Below, piece after piece: positions 37,249 to 49,736 of a stretch of DNA of 64,000 nt. The notes under the pieces were generated by a model. It searched no databases and was not told the DNA's origin. It was given only the letters and a program-made list of their open reading frames with translations. Position 1 is the first letter of the stretch, and each line of letters opens with the position of its first letter. A program made the position numbers and the translations under genes. This DNA is from Candidatus Aquilonibacter sp. (GTDB lineage: Bacteria > Vulcanimicrobiota > Vulcanimicrobiia > Vulcanimicrobiales > Vulcanimicrobiaceae), in the NCBI GenBank assembly GCA_035702815.1, contig DASSZO010000092.1, forward strand, positions 7,004 through 71,003, read 5' to 3'.

Positions 37249-38076
37249 TTAGACGGCAACCTCGTAGTCGCGCAAGACCGCGTTGAGCGACGTCTTGCGA
37301 TCGGTCGATTCGGAGCGCGATCCGATGATCAACGCGCACGGCACGCCGTACTCGCCGGCGGCAAAGCGTTTGGGAATCGTTCCCGGAATGACGACCGCGC
37401 GCGGGGGGACTGCGCCCTTGCTCGTGCGCGCTTGCGCGTCGCGGACGTCGACGATCGGAGTGCTTGCCGTGAGGACGACGCCCGCGCCCAGCACCGCTTC
37501 ACGGCCCACCCGCACGCCTTCGACGACGATGCATCGCGAGCCGATGAAGGCACCGTCTTCCACGATTACCGGCGCCGCTTGCGGCGGTTCGAGGACGCCG
37601 CCGATACCGACGCCGCCCGAGAGGTGCACGCCCTTTCCGATCTGCGCGCACGAGCCGACCGTCGCCCAGGTGTCGATCATCGAACCTTCGTCGACGTATG
37701 CGCCGATGTTGACGTAGCCGGGCATGAGGATCACGCCGCGCGCCAAGAAGCTGCCGAAGCGGGCGACGCCCGGCGGCACGCAGCGAACGCCGAGCTTCTT
37801 ATAGTTGCGCTTGACGGGAAGCTTGTCGTAAAAGGCAAGGGGATCGCGGTCGGGATCGCCCATCGCTTCGACCTCGCGTCGCGCAAAGTAGAGCAGGATC
37901 GCCTGTTTGACCCATGCGTTGACACGCCAGTGGTCACCGTCGGGCTCGGCAACCCGGAGCTCGCCGCGATCGAGCGCATCGATGATCTCGTCGACGATGC
38001 TACCGTCCGCGCCGCGAACGTCTCCGTGCCCGGCGCTCAAGCGTTCGACGCGCTCGCGGGCGTGATTGATATCCAT
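37249..38076 (-). CDS. dapD: 2,3,4,5-tetrahydropyridine-2,6-dicarboxylate N-succinyltransferase
   Basis: [15 protein letters not shown], then hexapeptide repeats: [40 protein letters not shown]. Confidence 0.9.
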   Translation of the reverse strand: MDINHARERVERLSAGHGDVRGADGSIVDEIIDALDRGELRVAEPDGDHWRVNAWVKQAILLYFARREVEAMGDPDRDPLAFYDKLPVKRNYKKLGVRCVPPGVARFGSFLARGVILMPGYVNIGAYVDEGSMIDTWATVGSCAQIGKGVHLSGGVGIGGVLEPPQAAPVIVEDGAFIGSRCIVVEGVRVGREAVLGAGVVLTASTPIVDVRDAQARTSKGAVPPRAVVIPGTIPKRFAAGEYGVPCALIIGSRSESTDRKTSLNAVLRDYEVAV

Positions 38077-38189
38077 CGGGCCTACCGATACGGCTGCCTG
38101 TACGGTTCTACCTCGCGCACGTGGGGGTAAGACCCAACTCGGGGAGCGAAACTATCCGGTCCCGTTTATCGCTTTGCGGAGGAGACACC

Positions 38190-40193
<2,004 letters not shown>

Positions 40194-40217
40194 CAATCCG
40201 ACGACTAGGAGAGCATC

Positions 40218-43061
40218 GTGAGCAATCAATTGGAACAATTACTGGCCGCCGGACAGAGCGTATGGCTCGACAACCTACGGCGCGGCATGTTCGCGTCGGG
40301 CGAACTCAAGCGCCTGATCGATCAAGGCCTGCGCGGCATGACGAGTAATCCGACGATCTTCGAAAAGGCGATCGGCACCGGGAACGACTACGACGAACAG
40401 CTGCGAACGCTCATCCAACAAGAGACGAATCCCGACGCGCTCTTCTGGGACCTTGCGGTTGCGGACATTCAGAATGCATGCGATGCGTTCAAAGGCGTCT
40501 ATGAATCGTCCGGCGGCAACGACGGATTCGTTAGCCTGGAAGTCTCGCCGCTTCTCGCGCACGACACGCAAGGCACGATCGCAAACGCCAAACAGTTGTG
40601 GGAACGGGTCGGCCGTCCGAACTTGATGGTGAAGATCCCCGGCACGAACGCCGGCGTTGCGGCCATCGAAGAGTGCATCTATGCCGGTCTCAACATCAAC
40701 GTCACCTTGATCTTCGCAATCGAGATGTACGAAAAGACGGCACGCGCGTATATCAAGGGGCTCGAACGGCGCATAGCGGAGGGCAAGCCGGTCGAGCGGA
40801 TTCGCTCGGTGAATTCGGTGTTTGTCAGCCGCATCGATACGGCAGTCGACAAATTGATCCAAGGAAAGATCGACAAGGGCGAGACCAAACTGCAAGGCCT
40901 GCTCGGCAAAGCCGGCATCGCCAATCTCAAATTGACGTACCAGCGCTTCAAAGAGCTGTTCGAAGGCGATGCGTTTGCGGCATGCAGAAAAGCCGGCGCC
41001 GCCGTTCAACGCCCGCTTTGGGCAAGCACGTCGACGAAGAACCCGTCGTACCCGGACTTGATGTACGTCGAGACCGTCGTCGGGAAAGACACCGTCAATA
41101 CGATGCCGCCGAACACGCTCGACGCACTGATCGATCACGGCAACGTGCGCCCGGACACCGTCGAGCAGGGCTTGGACGAGGCACGCGACGTGATGAAGCG
41201 GCTGCAAGAGGCAAACATCTCACTCTTCGACGTGACGCATCAGCTCCAGATCGAAGGCGTATCGTCATTCTCCGATTCGTTCGCGGCGCTCATGGGCGCA
41301 ATAGTCTACAAGCAAAAGCAACTCGCTGACGGCAGCGAGCGTATCGAGCTCGCGCTCGGGAGCCATCAGCAGGACTTCACCGCGGCGCTCGACCGGCTTG
41401 CTCAGGCCGATTTTCTCAAAAAGCTTTGGGCGAAGGATCCGTCGCCGTGGACGAGCGATCCGCAAGCGGCCGACATCATCAAGCACGCGCTCGGGTGGCT
41501 CGATATTCCGCAGCATCTGATGGAGCACGTCCCCAACCTGCTTGCGTTCGCACAAGAGGTCAAACGCGAGTTCGATCACGTCGTCGTCCTCGGAATGGGA
41601 GGGAGTTCGCTCGCGCCCGACGTCATGGCCGACACGTTCGGTCAGTTCGACGGGTGGCCGCAGCTGCACGTGCTCGACTCCACCGCGCCCTCGCAGCTCG
41701 AAGAACTCGATGAGGCGATCGATCTCGACAGCACGCTCTTCATCGTCGCCAGCAAGAGCGGCACGACGACCGAACCCAACGCGTTCTTTGCCTACTATTA
41801 CGACAAGGTTGCCAAGCGCATCGGCGCGGAGAAAGCGGGCGACCGTTTTATCGCGGTGACCGATCCCGGGACGAAGATGGTCGAGGTTGCCAAGGGGCAC
41901 AAGTTCCGGCGCATCTTCGAGAACGACCCGAACATCGGCGGTCGCTACTCGGCGCTCTCCTTCTTCGGCATGGTGCCGGCGGCGCTAGCCGGATACGATA
42001 TCAACCTGCTGCTCGACCGCGGCCTTGGTGCGATGCATGCAAACGACAAGATGGTCGACCCCAAAAGCGCGCCCGGCGTTCGTTTCGGCGCCGCCATCGG
42101 CGGACTCGCGGTCAACGGCCGGGATAAGCTGACGATCGTGACGCATCCCGACGTTGCCGCGTTCGGTGCGTGGGCGGAGCAACTCATCGCGGAATCGACG
42201 GGCAAACTGGGCAAGGGCATCGTTCCCATCGAGGGCGAGGAACTCGGCCATCCGGACGATTACGGCCGGGATCGCGTCTTCGTCTACGTCGGATCGAATC
42301 TGCCCGACCCGCATCCCGGCACGGACGAGGCGCTCGCGGATCTGCAAGCCGCGGGTCATCCCGTCATTCGTCTTGCGATGAACGACGAATACGATTTAGG
42401 CGAGCAATTCTATACCTGGGAGATCGCAACGGCTGCCGCCGGCAGCGTGCTCGGCATCAATGCGTTCGATCAGCCCAACGTGCAAGAGTCCAAAGACAAC
42501 ACCAAAGCGCTGCTCGAGGTCTACCAGAAAAACGGGGCGATTCCGGAACCGGCCGCTAACGTTTCGGAAGATCGCTTCGACCTGACCTACCTTTCGGGCA
42601 GCAAACACGCGGACAACGCCCGCACGGTCTCGGCCGCGCTCTCGGCCATCTTCGGGCAGATCGTCCCCGGTGATTACGTCGCGATCTGCGCATACATCAG
42701 CCGCGATCACGAGCACGTCCATCTGCTCGACGAGTTGCGCTTGAAGATTCGCGACGCCGAAGACGTTGCGGTGACCGTCGGCTTCGGGCCGCGCTTCTTG
42801 CACTCGACCGGACAACTGCACAAGGGCGGTCCCAACTCCGCGGTGATGCTGCAGATCACCGGTGACGAGACGAGCGATCCGGCGATTCCCGGGATGAACG
42901 TCGGCTTCCGCACGCTGCTCGCGGCACAAGCGCTCGGCGATCTCCAATCGCTCGATAAGCGCGACCGGCGCGGCGCGCGCATTCACCTCAAGGGCGACAC
43001 CCAAACGGCGCTGCGCGCGCTCATCGGTGCCGTCGACGACGCGCTCGCGGCGCGAGCGTAG
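40218..43061 (+). CDS. Bifunctional transaldolase / glucose-6-phosphate isomerase fusion
   Basis: N-terminus QSVWLDNLRR...MTSNPTIFEKA...VKIPGT is transaldolase. The C-terminal ~550 aa (VVLGMGGSSLAP, IVASKSGTTTEP) is a PGI SIS domain. AGGAGAG SD before GTG 40218. Confidence 0.9.
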   Translation: MSNQLEQLLAAGQSVWLDNLRRGMFASGELKRLIDQGLRGMTSNPTIFEKAIGTGNDYDEQLRTLIQQETNPDALFWDLAVADIQNACDAFKGVYESSGGNDGFVSLEVSPLLAHDTQGTIANAKQLWERVGRPNLMVKIPGTNAGVAAIEECIYAGLNINVTLIFAIEMYEKTARAYIKGLERRIAEGKPVERIRSVNSVFVSRIDTAVDKLIQGKIDKGETKLQGLLGKAGIANLKLTYQRFKELFEGDAFAACRKAGAAVQRPLWASTSTKNPSYPDLMYVETVVGKDTVNTMPPNTLDALIDHGNVRPDTVEQGLDEARDVMKRLQEANISLFDVTHQLQIEGVSSFSDSFAALMGAIVYKQKQLADGSERIELALGSHQQDFTAALDRLAQADFLKKLWAKDPSPWTSDPQAADIIKHALGWLDIPQHLMEHVPNLLAFAQEVKREFDHVVVLGMGGSSLAPDVMADTFGQFDGWPQLHVLDSTAPSQLEELDEAIDLDSTLFIVASKSGTTTEPNAFFAYYYDKVAKRIGAEKAGDRFIAVTDPGTKMVEVAKGHKFRRIFENDPNIGGRYSALSFFGMVPAALAGYDINLLLDRGLGAMHANDKMVDPKSAPGVRFGAAIGGLAVNGRDKLTIVTHPDVAAFGAWAEQLIAESTGKLGKGIVPIEGEELGHPDDYGRDRVFVYVGSNLPDPHPGTDEALADLQAAGHPVIRLAMNDEYDLGEQFYTWEIATAAAGSVLGINAFDQPNVQESKDNTKALLEVYQKNGAIPEPAANVSEDRFDLTYLSGSKHADNARTVSAALSAIFGQIVPGDYVAICAYISRDHEHVHLLDELRLKIRDAEDVAVTVGFGPRFLHSTGQLHKGGPNSAVMLQITGDETSDPAIPGMNVGFRTLLAAQALGDLQSLDKRDRRGARIHLKGDTQTALRALIGAVDDALAARA

Positions 43062-43074
43062 CGAAGGGACGTCT

Positions 43075-44634
43075 ATGGCCGATGCGGTAGCGACGGTATC
43101 CTCTGACGGAAAGCAGCAGATCAACCCGCTTCGCGCGGGACTGCAAACGGATCGCATCAGCGATCCGGCGACGGTGGTCTTCTTCGGGGCGAGCGGCGAC
43201 TTATTTAAACGCATGCTCCTGCCCGCTATGTGGGCGATGCGCGCACGCGGGATTTTGCCCAACGATTTTGCCATCGTCGGCTTCTCGCGAACCGAGTATT
43301 CCGATGACGAGTTCCGCGCCTACTGCAAAGAGCAGCTCGATGCGTTCGCGCCGGACGAACAAAAACCGCAGGGCGCGATCTGGGACGACTTTTCCAAACG
43401 GCTTCGCTACGTAAGCGCCGACTTCGACGATCACAAGTGCTACGGCAATCTCGCGAAGATCATCGGCCAAAACGACGAGCAATTCGGAACCAAGGGCAAC
43501 GTGCTCTTCTACCTCTCGACGCCGCCGTCGCTCTTCCCGACGATCATCGACTGCCTCAAAGAGGCGGATCTCAATCCGCATGAAGGCAAAGAGGGCTGGT
43601 CGCGCATCATCATCGAGAAGCCGTTCGGCATCGATCTCGACTCCGCGCGCGCGCTGCAGACGACGGTGGACCGCGTTTTTCCCGAAAGCGCGGTTTACCG
43701 CATCGACCACTATCTCGGTAAAGAGCCGGTGCAAGACATCATGGCGCTGCGCTTTGCCAACACCATCTTCGAACCGGTCTGGAATCGCAACTACATCGAT
43801 TCGGTCCAAATCACCGCCGCCGAACAGCTCGGCGTCGAACTGCGCGGCGGGTACTACGACAATGCCGGCGCGCTGCGCGACATGATTCAAAATCACGTGA
43901 TGAATCTGCTCGCGCTCGTTGCGATGGAACCGCCGGCGACGCGCGACGCCGACGCGATCCGCGCTGAGAAAGCAAAGGTGCTTTCAGCCATCCAAATCCC
44001 GACGATCATGGACGTTCCCAGCATGTCGGCGCGTGGCCAATACGGCGCGGGAACGATCAACGGCAAACCGGTTCCCGCTTACCGCCAAGAGCCCGACGTC
44101 AATCCGCAATCGAATACCGAGACGTTTGCGGCGGTCAAGCTCAACGTGGAGAGTTGGCGCTGGGCCGGCGTCCCGTTCTATCTTCGAAGCGGGAAGCGCT
44201 TGGCGAAAAAGACGTCGGAGATCGCCGTAACGTTCAAGCCGATTCCGCATCGCATCTACGGCGACGAAACGGACACGATCGAGCCGAACGTACTGGTGAT
44301 GAAGATCCAACCCGAAGAAGGCGTCGCGATGCGCTTCTCGGCAAAGGTCCCCGGTCCCAAGAGCCACATCCGCAGCGTCTTCATGGACTTCAACTACGGC
44401 ACCGGTTTCGGCGTGCAGTCACCGCCCGCATACGAGCGTCTCATCGGCGATGCGCTGCGCGGCGATCAAACGCTCTTCACGCGGTGGGATGCCGTCGAGC
44501 GCGCGTGGGAGGTCGTGATGCCGGTCCTTGAGGTCTGGCAGAACACGAAGGACTTCACGTTTCCGAACTACGCGTCGGGATCGCAGGGGCCGCAGTCTTC
44601 ATTCGATCTGTTCCCGGGTTGGCGATCGTTGTGA
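43075..44634 (+). CDS. zwf: Glucose-6-phosphate 1-dehydrogenase
   Basis: VVFFGASGDLFKRMLLPAM, RIDHYLGKE and IIEKPFG. Confidence 0.95.
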   Translation: MADAVATVSSDGKQQINPLRAGLQTDRISDPATVVFFGASGDLFKRMLLPAMWAMRARGILPNDFAIVGFSRTEYSDDEFRAYCKEQLDAFAPDEQKPQGAIWDDFSKRLRYVSADFDDHKCYGNLAKIIGQNDEQFGTKGNVLFYLSTPPSLFPTIIDCLKEADLNPHEGKEGWSRIIIEKPFGIDLDSARALQTTVDRVFPESAVYRIDHYLGKEPVQDIMALRFANTIFEPVWNRNYIDSVQITAAEQLGVELRGGYYDNAGALRDMIQNHVMNLLALVAMEPPATRDADAIRAEKAKVLSAIQIPTIMDVPSMSARGQYGAGTINGKPVPAYRQEPDVNPQSNTETFAAVKLNVESWRWAGVPFYLRSGKRLAKKTSEIAVTFKPIPHRIYGDETDTIEPNVLVMKIQPEEGVAMRFSAKVPGPKSHIRSVFMDFNYGTGFGVQSPPAYERLIGDALRGDQTLFTRWDAVERAWEVVMPVLEVWQNTKDFTFPNYASGSQGPQSSFDLFPGWRSL

Positions 44635-45611
44635 ACCTCGACGTGCACCCGCTCGTCGCGGAGCTGACGCACGCGCGGCATAGCGCCGGTTCGATGAACG
44701 CGGCAACGATGACGCTCGTGGTCTTCTACGAAGACGCGCAAGTCGGTTCGTGGGTTCGTTCACGCACGCGCGCGATCGCGGACAAGCATCCGTCGCGCGT
44801 GCTGCTTTTCGACGGCACCAAGAACGAAGGCGATCAGCATGCCGAGCCCTCCGCGACGCGCGGCGAATGGGTCGAGATCGGGGTAAAAGGCAGCCACGCG
44901 AGTGAAATCGGCGCGGCGCTTTCGATGCTCGCGCTGGCGGAAGCCCCCGTCGTCCTGTGCTGGATCGCAACCGATCTCGCCGCCGACGAGCGGTTCGTGA
45001 CGCTTGCCAAACAGGCACATACGATCGTCGTGAGCAGTTCGGTGATTCGCAGCGACGAGCGTCCCTTGCGCGACCTGATCGCCTTCGTCGAAGCGCACCC
45101 GGAGATCGTCGTCCAAGACATTGCGTATCTGCGGCTCGCCGCTTGGCAAGAACTCATTGCCGAATTTTTCGACGAACCGGAGTTCCTCGAAGAGTTGACG
45201 GCACTGCGCGAGGTGGAAGTCCACGCGGGCTCCGACGCGGAGATGTACTATCTGCTCGGGTGGCTCGCCAGCCGTTTGGACTGGATTCCGTGCGCGCCCG
45301 ATGCGATGTGCAATAGCTCGGGCGACATCATTCACATCACCGAGCAGCGCGACGGCTCGGCGCGCCGTCTGTCCAAGGTCGAGCTTCGGTCGAAGGACGT
45401 CGTCTTCAGTGCGTGCGTTCATCCGGATGATCCCGACGCCGTCTGCTTGGAAGTGACCGGCGCGAAGTCCCGTAAAGAGCGTTGCGCGCCGCTTCACACC
45501 ATGGACATCGCGTCGCTGATCGAGCGCGCCATCCTGCGCAGCAGCGTCGACGACATCTTCGAGCAATCGCTTGCCCTTGCAAAACTCATCATCGAACGGA
45601 AGGTGTCGTGA
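44631..45611 (+). CDS. opcA: Glucose-6-phosphate dehydrogenase assembly protein OpcA-like
   Basis: Positioned between zwf and pgl as in actinobacterial and cyanobacterial OPP operons. About 325 aa. GTGA overlaps at both ends. The call rests mainly on context. Confidence 0.75.
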   Translation: MNLDVHPLVAELTHARHSAGSMNAATMTLVVFYEDAQVGSWVRSRTRAIADKHPSRVLLFDGTKNEGDQHAEPSATRGEWVEIGVKGSHASEIGAALSMLALAEAPVVLCWIATDLAADERFVTLAKQAHTIVVSSSVIRSDERPLRDLIAFVEAHPEIVVQDIAYLRLAAWQELIAEFFDEPEFLEELTALREVEVHAGSDAEMYYLLGWLASRLDWIPCAPDAMCNSSGDIIHITEQRDGSARRLSKVELRSKDVVFSACVHPDDPDAVCLEVTGAKSRKERCAPLHTMDIASLIERAILRSSVDDIFEQSLALAKLIIERKVS

Positions 45612-46339
45612 GCGAACGCCCCGGTGAACTGCGGGTCTACGATTCGCCGGCGGACGTCGCGCGCGCGTTGGCCGAACTCTTCGTACGGACGGGAACCGAG
45701 TCGATCGTCGCGCGCGGCACTTTCACCGTCGCGCTCGCCGGCGGAAGCACGCCAAAGGCAGCGTACGCGCTGCTCGGCGCCGAGTACGCCGATGCGCTCG
45801 ACTGGGGGAACGTAGACATCTTCTTCGGCGACGAGCGCTGCGTGCCGCCCGACGACGATCTCTCGAACTACAAGACGGCCGACGATGCGTTTCTCTCGCA
45901 TATCGACATCCCGTCGGAAAACGTGCATCGGATGCATGGCGAGATGGATCCCGCCGACGCCGCGGCCGAGTATCGGCGCGATGTGATCGAGGTGCTTGGG
46001 CCCGATCCGCGCTTCGATCTGATCATGCTCGGCATGGGGCCCGACGGACACACAGCCTCGCTCTTCCCGGGAACCGATCCCACGACCGACGACGACGCAC
46101 TGGTGCGCGCCGTCTATTCCTCATCGCAACAGCAGTGGCGCATCACCTTAACGCCCAAAGTGATCAACAACGCGCGATGCGTCGTTTTTGCCACCGAAGG
46201 TGCCGCAAAACGCGCGATGCTAAAGCGCGTACGCGAAGGAACGTACGATCCGGTGCAAACACCGGCACAGATCGTCGCGCCGCACGACGGCGCATTGATT
46301 TGGCTCGTCGATTCGGCGGCGGTTACAAACGAATCTTAG
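45608..46339 (+). CDS. pgl: 6-phosphogluconolactonase
   Basis: FTVALAGGSTP, FFGDERCVPPDD and MLGMGPDGHTASLFPG. Confidence 0.9.
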   Translation: MSERPGELRVYDSPADVARALAELFVRTGTESIVARGTFTVALAGGSTPKAAYALLGAEYADALDWGNVDIFFGDERCVPPDDDLSNYKTADDAFLSHIDIPSENVHRMHGEMDPADAAAEYRRDVIEVLGPDPRFDLIMLGMGPDGHTASLFPGTDPTTDDDALVRAVYSSSQQQWRITLTPKVINNARCVVFATEGAAKRAMLKRVREGTYDPVQTPAQIVAPHDGALIWLVDSAAVTNES

Positions 46340-46451
46340 TGATAACGGCTGTTCCAGCGCTCGAGCTCGCGCGCGTAGAGGACGGCACTGCGCTCTTGAA
46401 GTTTCCGATGCGTCAGCGGGCTCAAGCGCGGGCGGCGCATTCGCACGATGG

Positions 46452-48173
46452 TCATGGTTTGAGTGCTCCTTCACCTAACGTCGATAGATTAACGTTACTC
46501 GCAGCAAAGATCGTTCCGTCGGCTTCTCTCAGCGCGACCACAGCTTTGTCGAAATCCGTCTGAGCTTGAAGTTCCCGGCCCTGATTCTGGACGAGTTCGA
46601 TCTGCCGTTGCGTGACGAGGAACGTGGTCGACTCACCGGCACGGAAGCGGCGGAGTTCGCTCTCGTACACGGCCTGCGAAGCTTCCCGCGCGCGCCGCGC
46701 GGCGTACAGGCGAGACTCGGCCGTCTGGAAATTCTGCAGCGCGTTGCGAACGTCGAACAGGATGCGTTCGTCGACGTTCGATGACGTAATCGTCGCGATG
46801 CGCTCCTGCTCTTGGGCCGCCGCGTACTGCGCTTTAGCGGTGTGGTTCCCCAGCGGCGCGGAAATATTGACGCCGACGGTGTAGGACGGGAAGCGGCCGA
46901 TATTACCGTATGCTTGCGAGTAGGTTCCGCCCAGATACGGAGGCGGCGTCGCGCTTCCGAACGCGCCGCCGACCGGCGGCAGCGCGTTTCCGGCAAAGCC
47001 GTTGCCCTGATACTGCGCCTGCAAATCGACTTGCGGAAGCAGTTGGTTCTTGGCATAGGCGAGGTTCACGCCGGCCTGGCGCCGCTGCGCGGCCGCCTGG
47101 GCGAGCTCCGGCCGATACTTCATCGCATTGCTCATGAGTTGGTTGAGCGAGAGCGCCGGCGGCGTCGATTCGATCGACGTCGTGGGCATCAGATTCGCCA
47201 TCCAAATCGGATCGCCGGGATTGTCCGCGATGAGCGATTTGAGTTGATTCTGCAACTGCGCGACGCGCTGGAGCGCCGAAAAGACGTTGTCTTGATAGAC
47301 GGCGACCTGCGTTGAGGATTCGACGGCGTCGATGGGCGCCGCGGCCCCGTGTTTAGCGAGACGAACGTTGCTGTTCTGTTGGGCGACGGCCTGTTTGAGT
47401 GCATCTTCCTGAATTGCAACGCTGCGCCACGCGGCGACGAGATCCCAATAGGCGTCGGAGACCTGTCCGATCGTATTCGAAACCGAGGTCAGCGTCGCAG
47501 CGGTGGTCGCGTCTTGGTTGATCACGGCCAATTGAATTTGGCGCTGCGTCTCGTTTCCGGGACCGGCGTTTTTGAGCAACGGCTGCGTAATCGACGCGTT
47601 CAACGTCGAGGTGTACCACGGGTCGAACGCATTGATGATCGTGTTGTTGTCGAACTTCTGTTGGGTGATGCCCACTTGATACTGCGTGCCGGTCGGAAGC
47701 TGCCCGGAGACGCCGACGTTGAGCGATTGGGTATTTGCCGTAATCGGCCCGAAGTTCGGCCCCGCAAAGAACGCGTTCTCCGGCGCGGTCACGGAATGCG
47801 TGACGGACGGGACGACATTGAAGCGAACGTCGTACGCGCCCTTGGCGGCCGCAATCTGGTAGCCGGCAATACGCGTGTTCGCCGCGGAGATCGCGAGATT
47901 GGGATTCTTCGCAAGCGCCATCGTGACGGCGTCCATTAATTTGATCCCGACGAACGGTTGCTGCGTGATGCCGACGATCGCGGCGCTGGTGGGCCGCACG
48001 TCGGGCGCTTTGAAGCCCGGCGCGACCGTCGGCGTGACCGGAAGAATCGGCGACGGCTCGGGCGTCGGAATCGTCGCCTGCGTCGGCGGTGAATGCGGCT
48101 GCGCCGGCGATGCCAGCGGAACGGCCACGAGCATCAGGCCAAGAGCAAAGGCGGAAAAGTGACGAGTATTCAC
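46452..48173 (-). CDS. TolC-family outer-membrane efflux channel
   Basis: Signal peptide plus a Pro-rich linker. Two repeats of the TolC-type coiled/barrel pattern (LSLNQLMSNAMKYRPEL..., ...LRRFRAGESTTFLVTQRQIELVQ). Last gene of the efflux operon. Confidence 0.8.
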   Translation of the reverse strand: MNTRHFSAFALGLMLVAVPLASPAQPHSPPTQATIPTPEPSPILPVTPTVAPGFKAPDVRPTSAAIVGITQQPFVGIKLMDAVTMALAKNPNLAISAANTRIAGYQIAAAKGAYDVRFNVVPSVTHSVTAPENAFFAGPNFGPITANTQSLNVGVSGQLPTGTQYQVGITQQKFDNNTIINAFDPWYTSTLNASITQPLLKNAGPGNETQRQIQLAVINQDATTAATLTSVSNTIGQVSDAYWDLVAAWRSVAIQEDALKQAVAQQNSNVRLAKHGAAAPIDAVESSTQVAVYQDNVFSALQRVAQLQNQLKSLIADNPGDPIWMANLMPTTSIESTPPALSLNQLMSNAMKYRPELAQAAAQRRQAGVNLAYAKNQLLPQVDLQAQYQGNGFAGNALPPVGGAFGSATPPPYLGGTYSQAYGNIGRFPSYTVGVNISAPLGNHTAKAQYAAAQEQERIATITSSNVDERILFDVRNALQNFQTAESRLYAARRAREASQAVYESELRRFRAGESTTFLVTQRQIELVQNQGRELQAQTDFDKAVVALREADGTIFAASNVNLSTLGEGALKP

Positions 48174-48181
48174 GACGACTC

Positions 48182-49717
48182 CTATTCGATTGCGACGTGT
48201 GCACCCACACGCGGCTTATTCAACAGTAGCACTAAGGGAGCTAAAGCAAAGGTGATAATGGCGGTCCAACGCGAGGTGTCCGCATATGACAGCACGGCCG
48301 CTTGCCCCGCGACAATGGCTTGCAGGTTCGCAAGCGCGGGAATCGAGTGTTCGCCGCCGTTGGCATGCAGATACGCGGCGACCGGAGCGCTGGCAAGGGT
48401 TTGGGTGGCGGCGACGGCGGTTTGATGGATCGTGACGCCGCGCACGAGAATCGTCACGAGCACGGCGGTTGCAATGCTGCCGCCGACCTGACGCGAGAGA
48501 TTGAAGAACGCCGACGTTGCGGGGACGTCCTTATCGGGGACGCCGCCGAGCACCGCAAGCGACAGCGGGACGAAGATTTGCGAGAGGCCGATACCGCTGA
48601 TGATCAGCGAGATGATGAACGTTCCAAACGCGGAATTCGGGGTCGTTACGTCGGCGAGAATCCAGTTCGACACGCCGAGCAACACGAAGCCGAGCGCGAC
48701 GTTGATGCGCACGTCGATAACGCCGCGGCTCGCGAGGGCCGCCGTGATCGGGGTGAAGATCATGACCGCCACGGCCCGAACGAGAATCGTCAGTCCCGAG
48801 AGCGTGGCGGTGAAGCCCAGCGAGTTCTGCAGATACTGTGGAAGCACGAGAATCGAGCCGTAGAGGCTGACGCCCAAGACCGCACCCAGCACGCTTCCCG
48901 CGGCAACCTGACGCAATCGAAGCACGTGAAGATCGACGACGGGAATCGTCGAGCGTAACGTCCACCAGATGAAGCCGCCGAGTCCCAAAAGCGCGACCAT
49001 CGAGAACAGACGAATGTTGCCATCGTCGAACCAGTCGTATTGCTGCCCTTGATCGAGCACGTACTGCATCGAACCCAACCCGATCGCGAGCAAGCCGAGG
49101 CCGGCCCAATCGAGCTGCTTCTTCTGCGGCTCCGAGGGATTGCGCAGATAGTTCCAGATCAACGCCGCGGCGATGATGCCGACGGGCAGATTGATGAAGA
49201 ACGCCCAACGCCACGTTAAATTGTCGGTGATCCATCCGCCGAGAACGGGGCCAAGCGCGGGACCGACGATGACGCCCATCGCGAAGATCCCTTGCGCCTT
49301 TCCTTGTTCGTTGAGGGGGTACGTGTCGCGCAAAATCGCCTGCGACGTGGAGATGAGACCGCCGCCGCCGAGGCCCTGGACGATACGCCAAAAGACGAGA
49401 TCGCCGAAGCTTCCGGAGAGGCCGCACATCAACGAGGCAATCGTAAAGATCACGATCGACGCAAAGAAATACTGGCGCCGGCCGAACCGCGCGGCGAGCC
49501 ACGGCGTGATGGGAATCACGACGACGTTTGCGATGATGTAGCCGGTAACGATCCACGCGCCTTGATCGACGGGCACGCCGAAATTTCCCTGAATATTCGG
49601 CAATGCGACGTTCACGATCGTGGTATCGATGATCTCCAGGAGCGTCGCCGCGATCACGCCGACGCTCACGATCATCCTGCGCAGGCCGAATTCGACCACG
49701 CTATTGCCTTGTTCCAT
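48182..49717 (-). CDS. MFS DHA2-family efflux permease (EmrB-like)
   Basis: LLEIIDTTIVNVALPNIQGNFG. 14 TMS. 511 aa. Confidence 0.85.
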   Translation of the reverse strand: MEQGNSVVEFGLRRMIVSVGVIAATLLEIIDTTIVNVALPNIQGNFGVPVDQGAWIVTGYIIANVVVIPITPWLAARFGRRQYFFASIVIFTIASLMCGLSGSFGDLVFWRIVQGLGGGGLISTSQAILRDTYPLNEQGKAQGIFAMGVIVGPALGPVLGGWITDNLTWRWAFFINLPVGIIAAALIWNYLRNPSEPQKKQLDWAGLGLLAIGLGSMQYVLDQGQQYDWFDDGNIRLFSMVALLGLGGFIWWTLRSTIPVVDLHVLRLRQVAAGSVLGAVLGVSLYGSILVLPQYLQNSLGFTATLSGLTILVRAVAVMIFTPITAALASRGVIDVRINVALGFVLLGVSNWILADVTTPNSAFGTFIISLIISGIGLSQIFVPLSLAVLGGVPDKDVPATSAFFNLSRQVGGSIATAVLVTILVRGVTIHQTAVAATQTLASAPVAAYLHANGGEHSIPALANLQAIVAGQAAVLSYADTSRWTAIITFALAPLVLLLNKPRVGAHVAIE

Positions 49718-49736
49718 CGCTCGACGGCCTTACGCC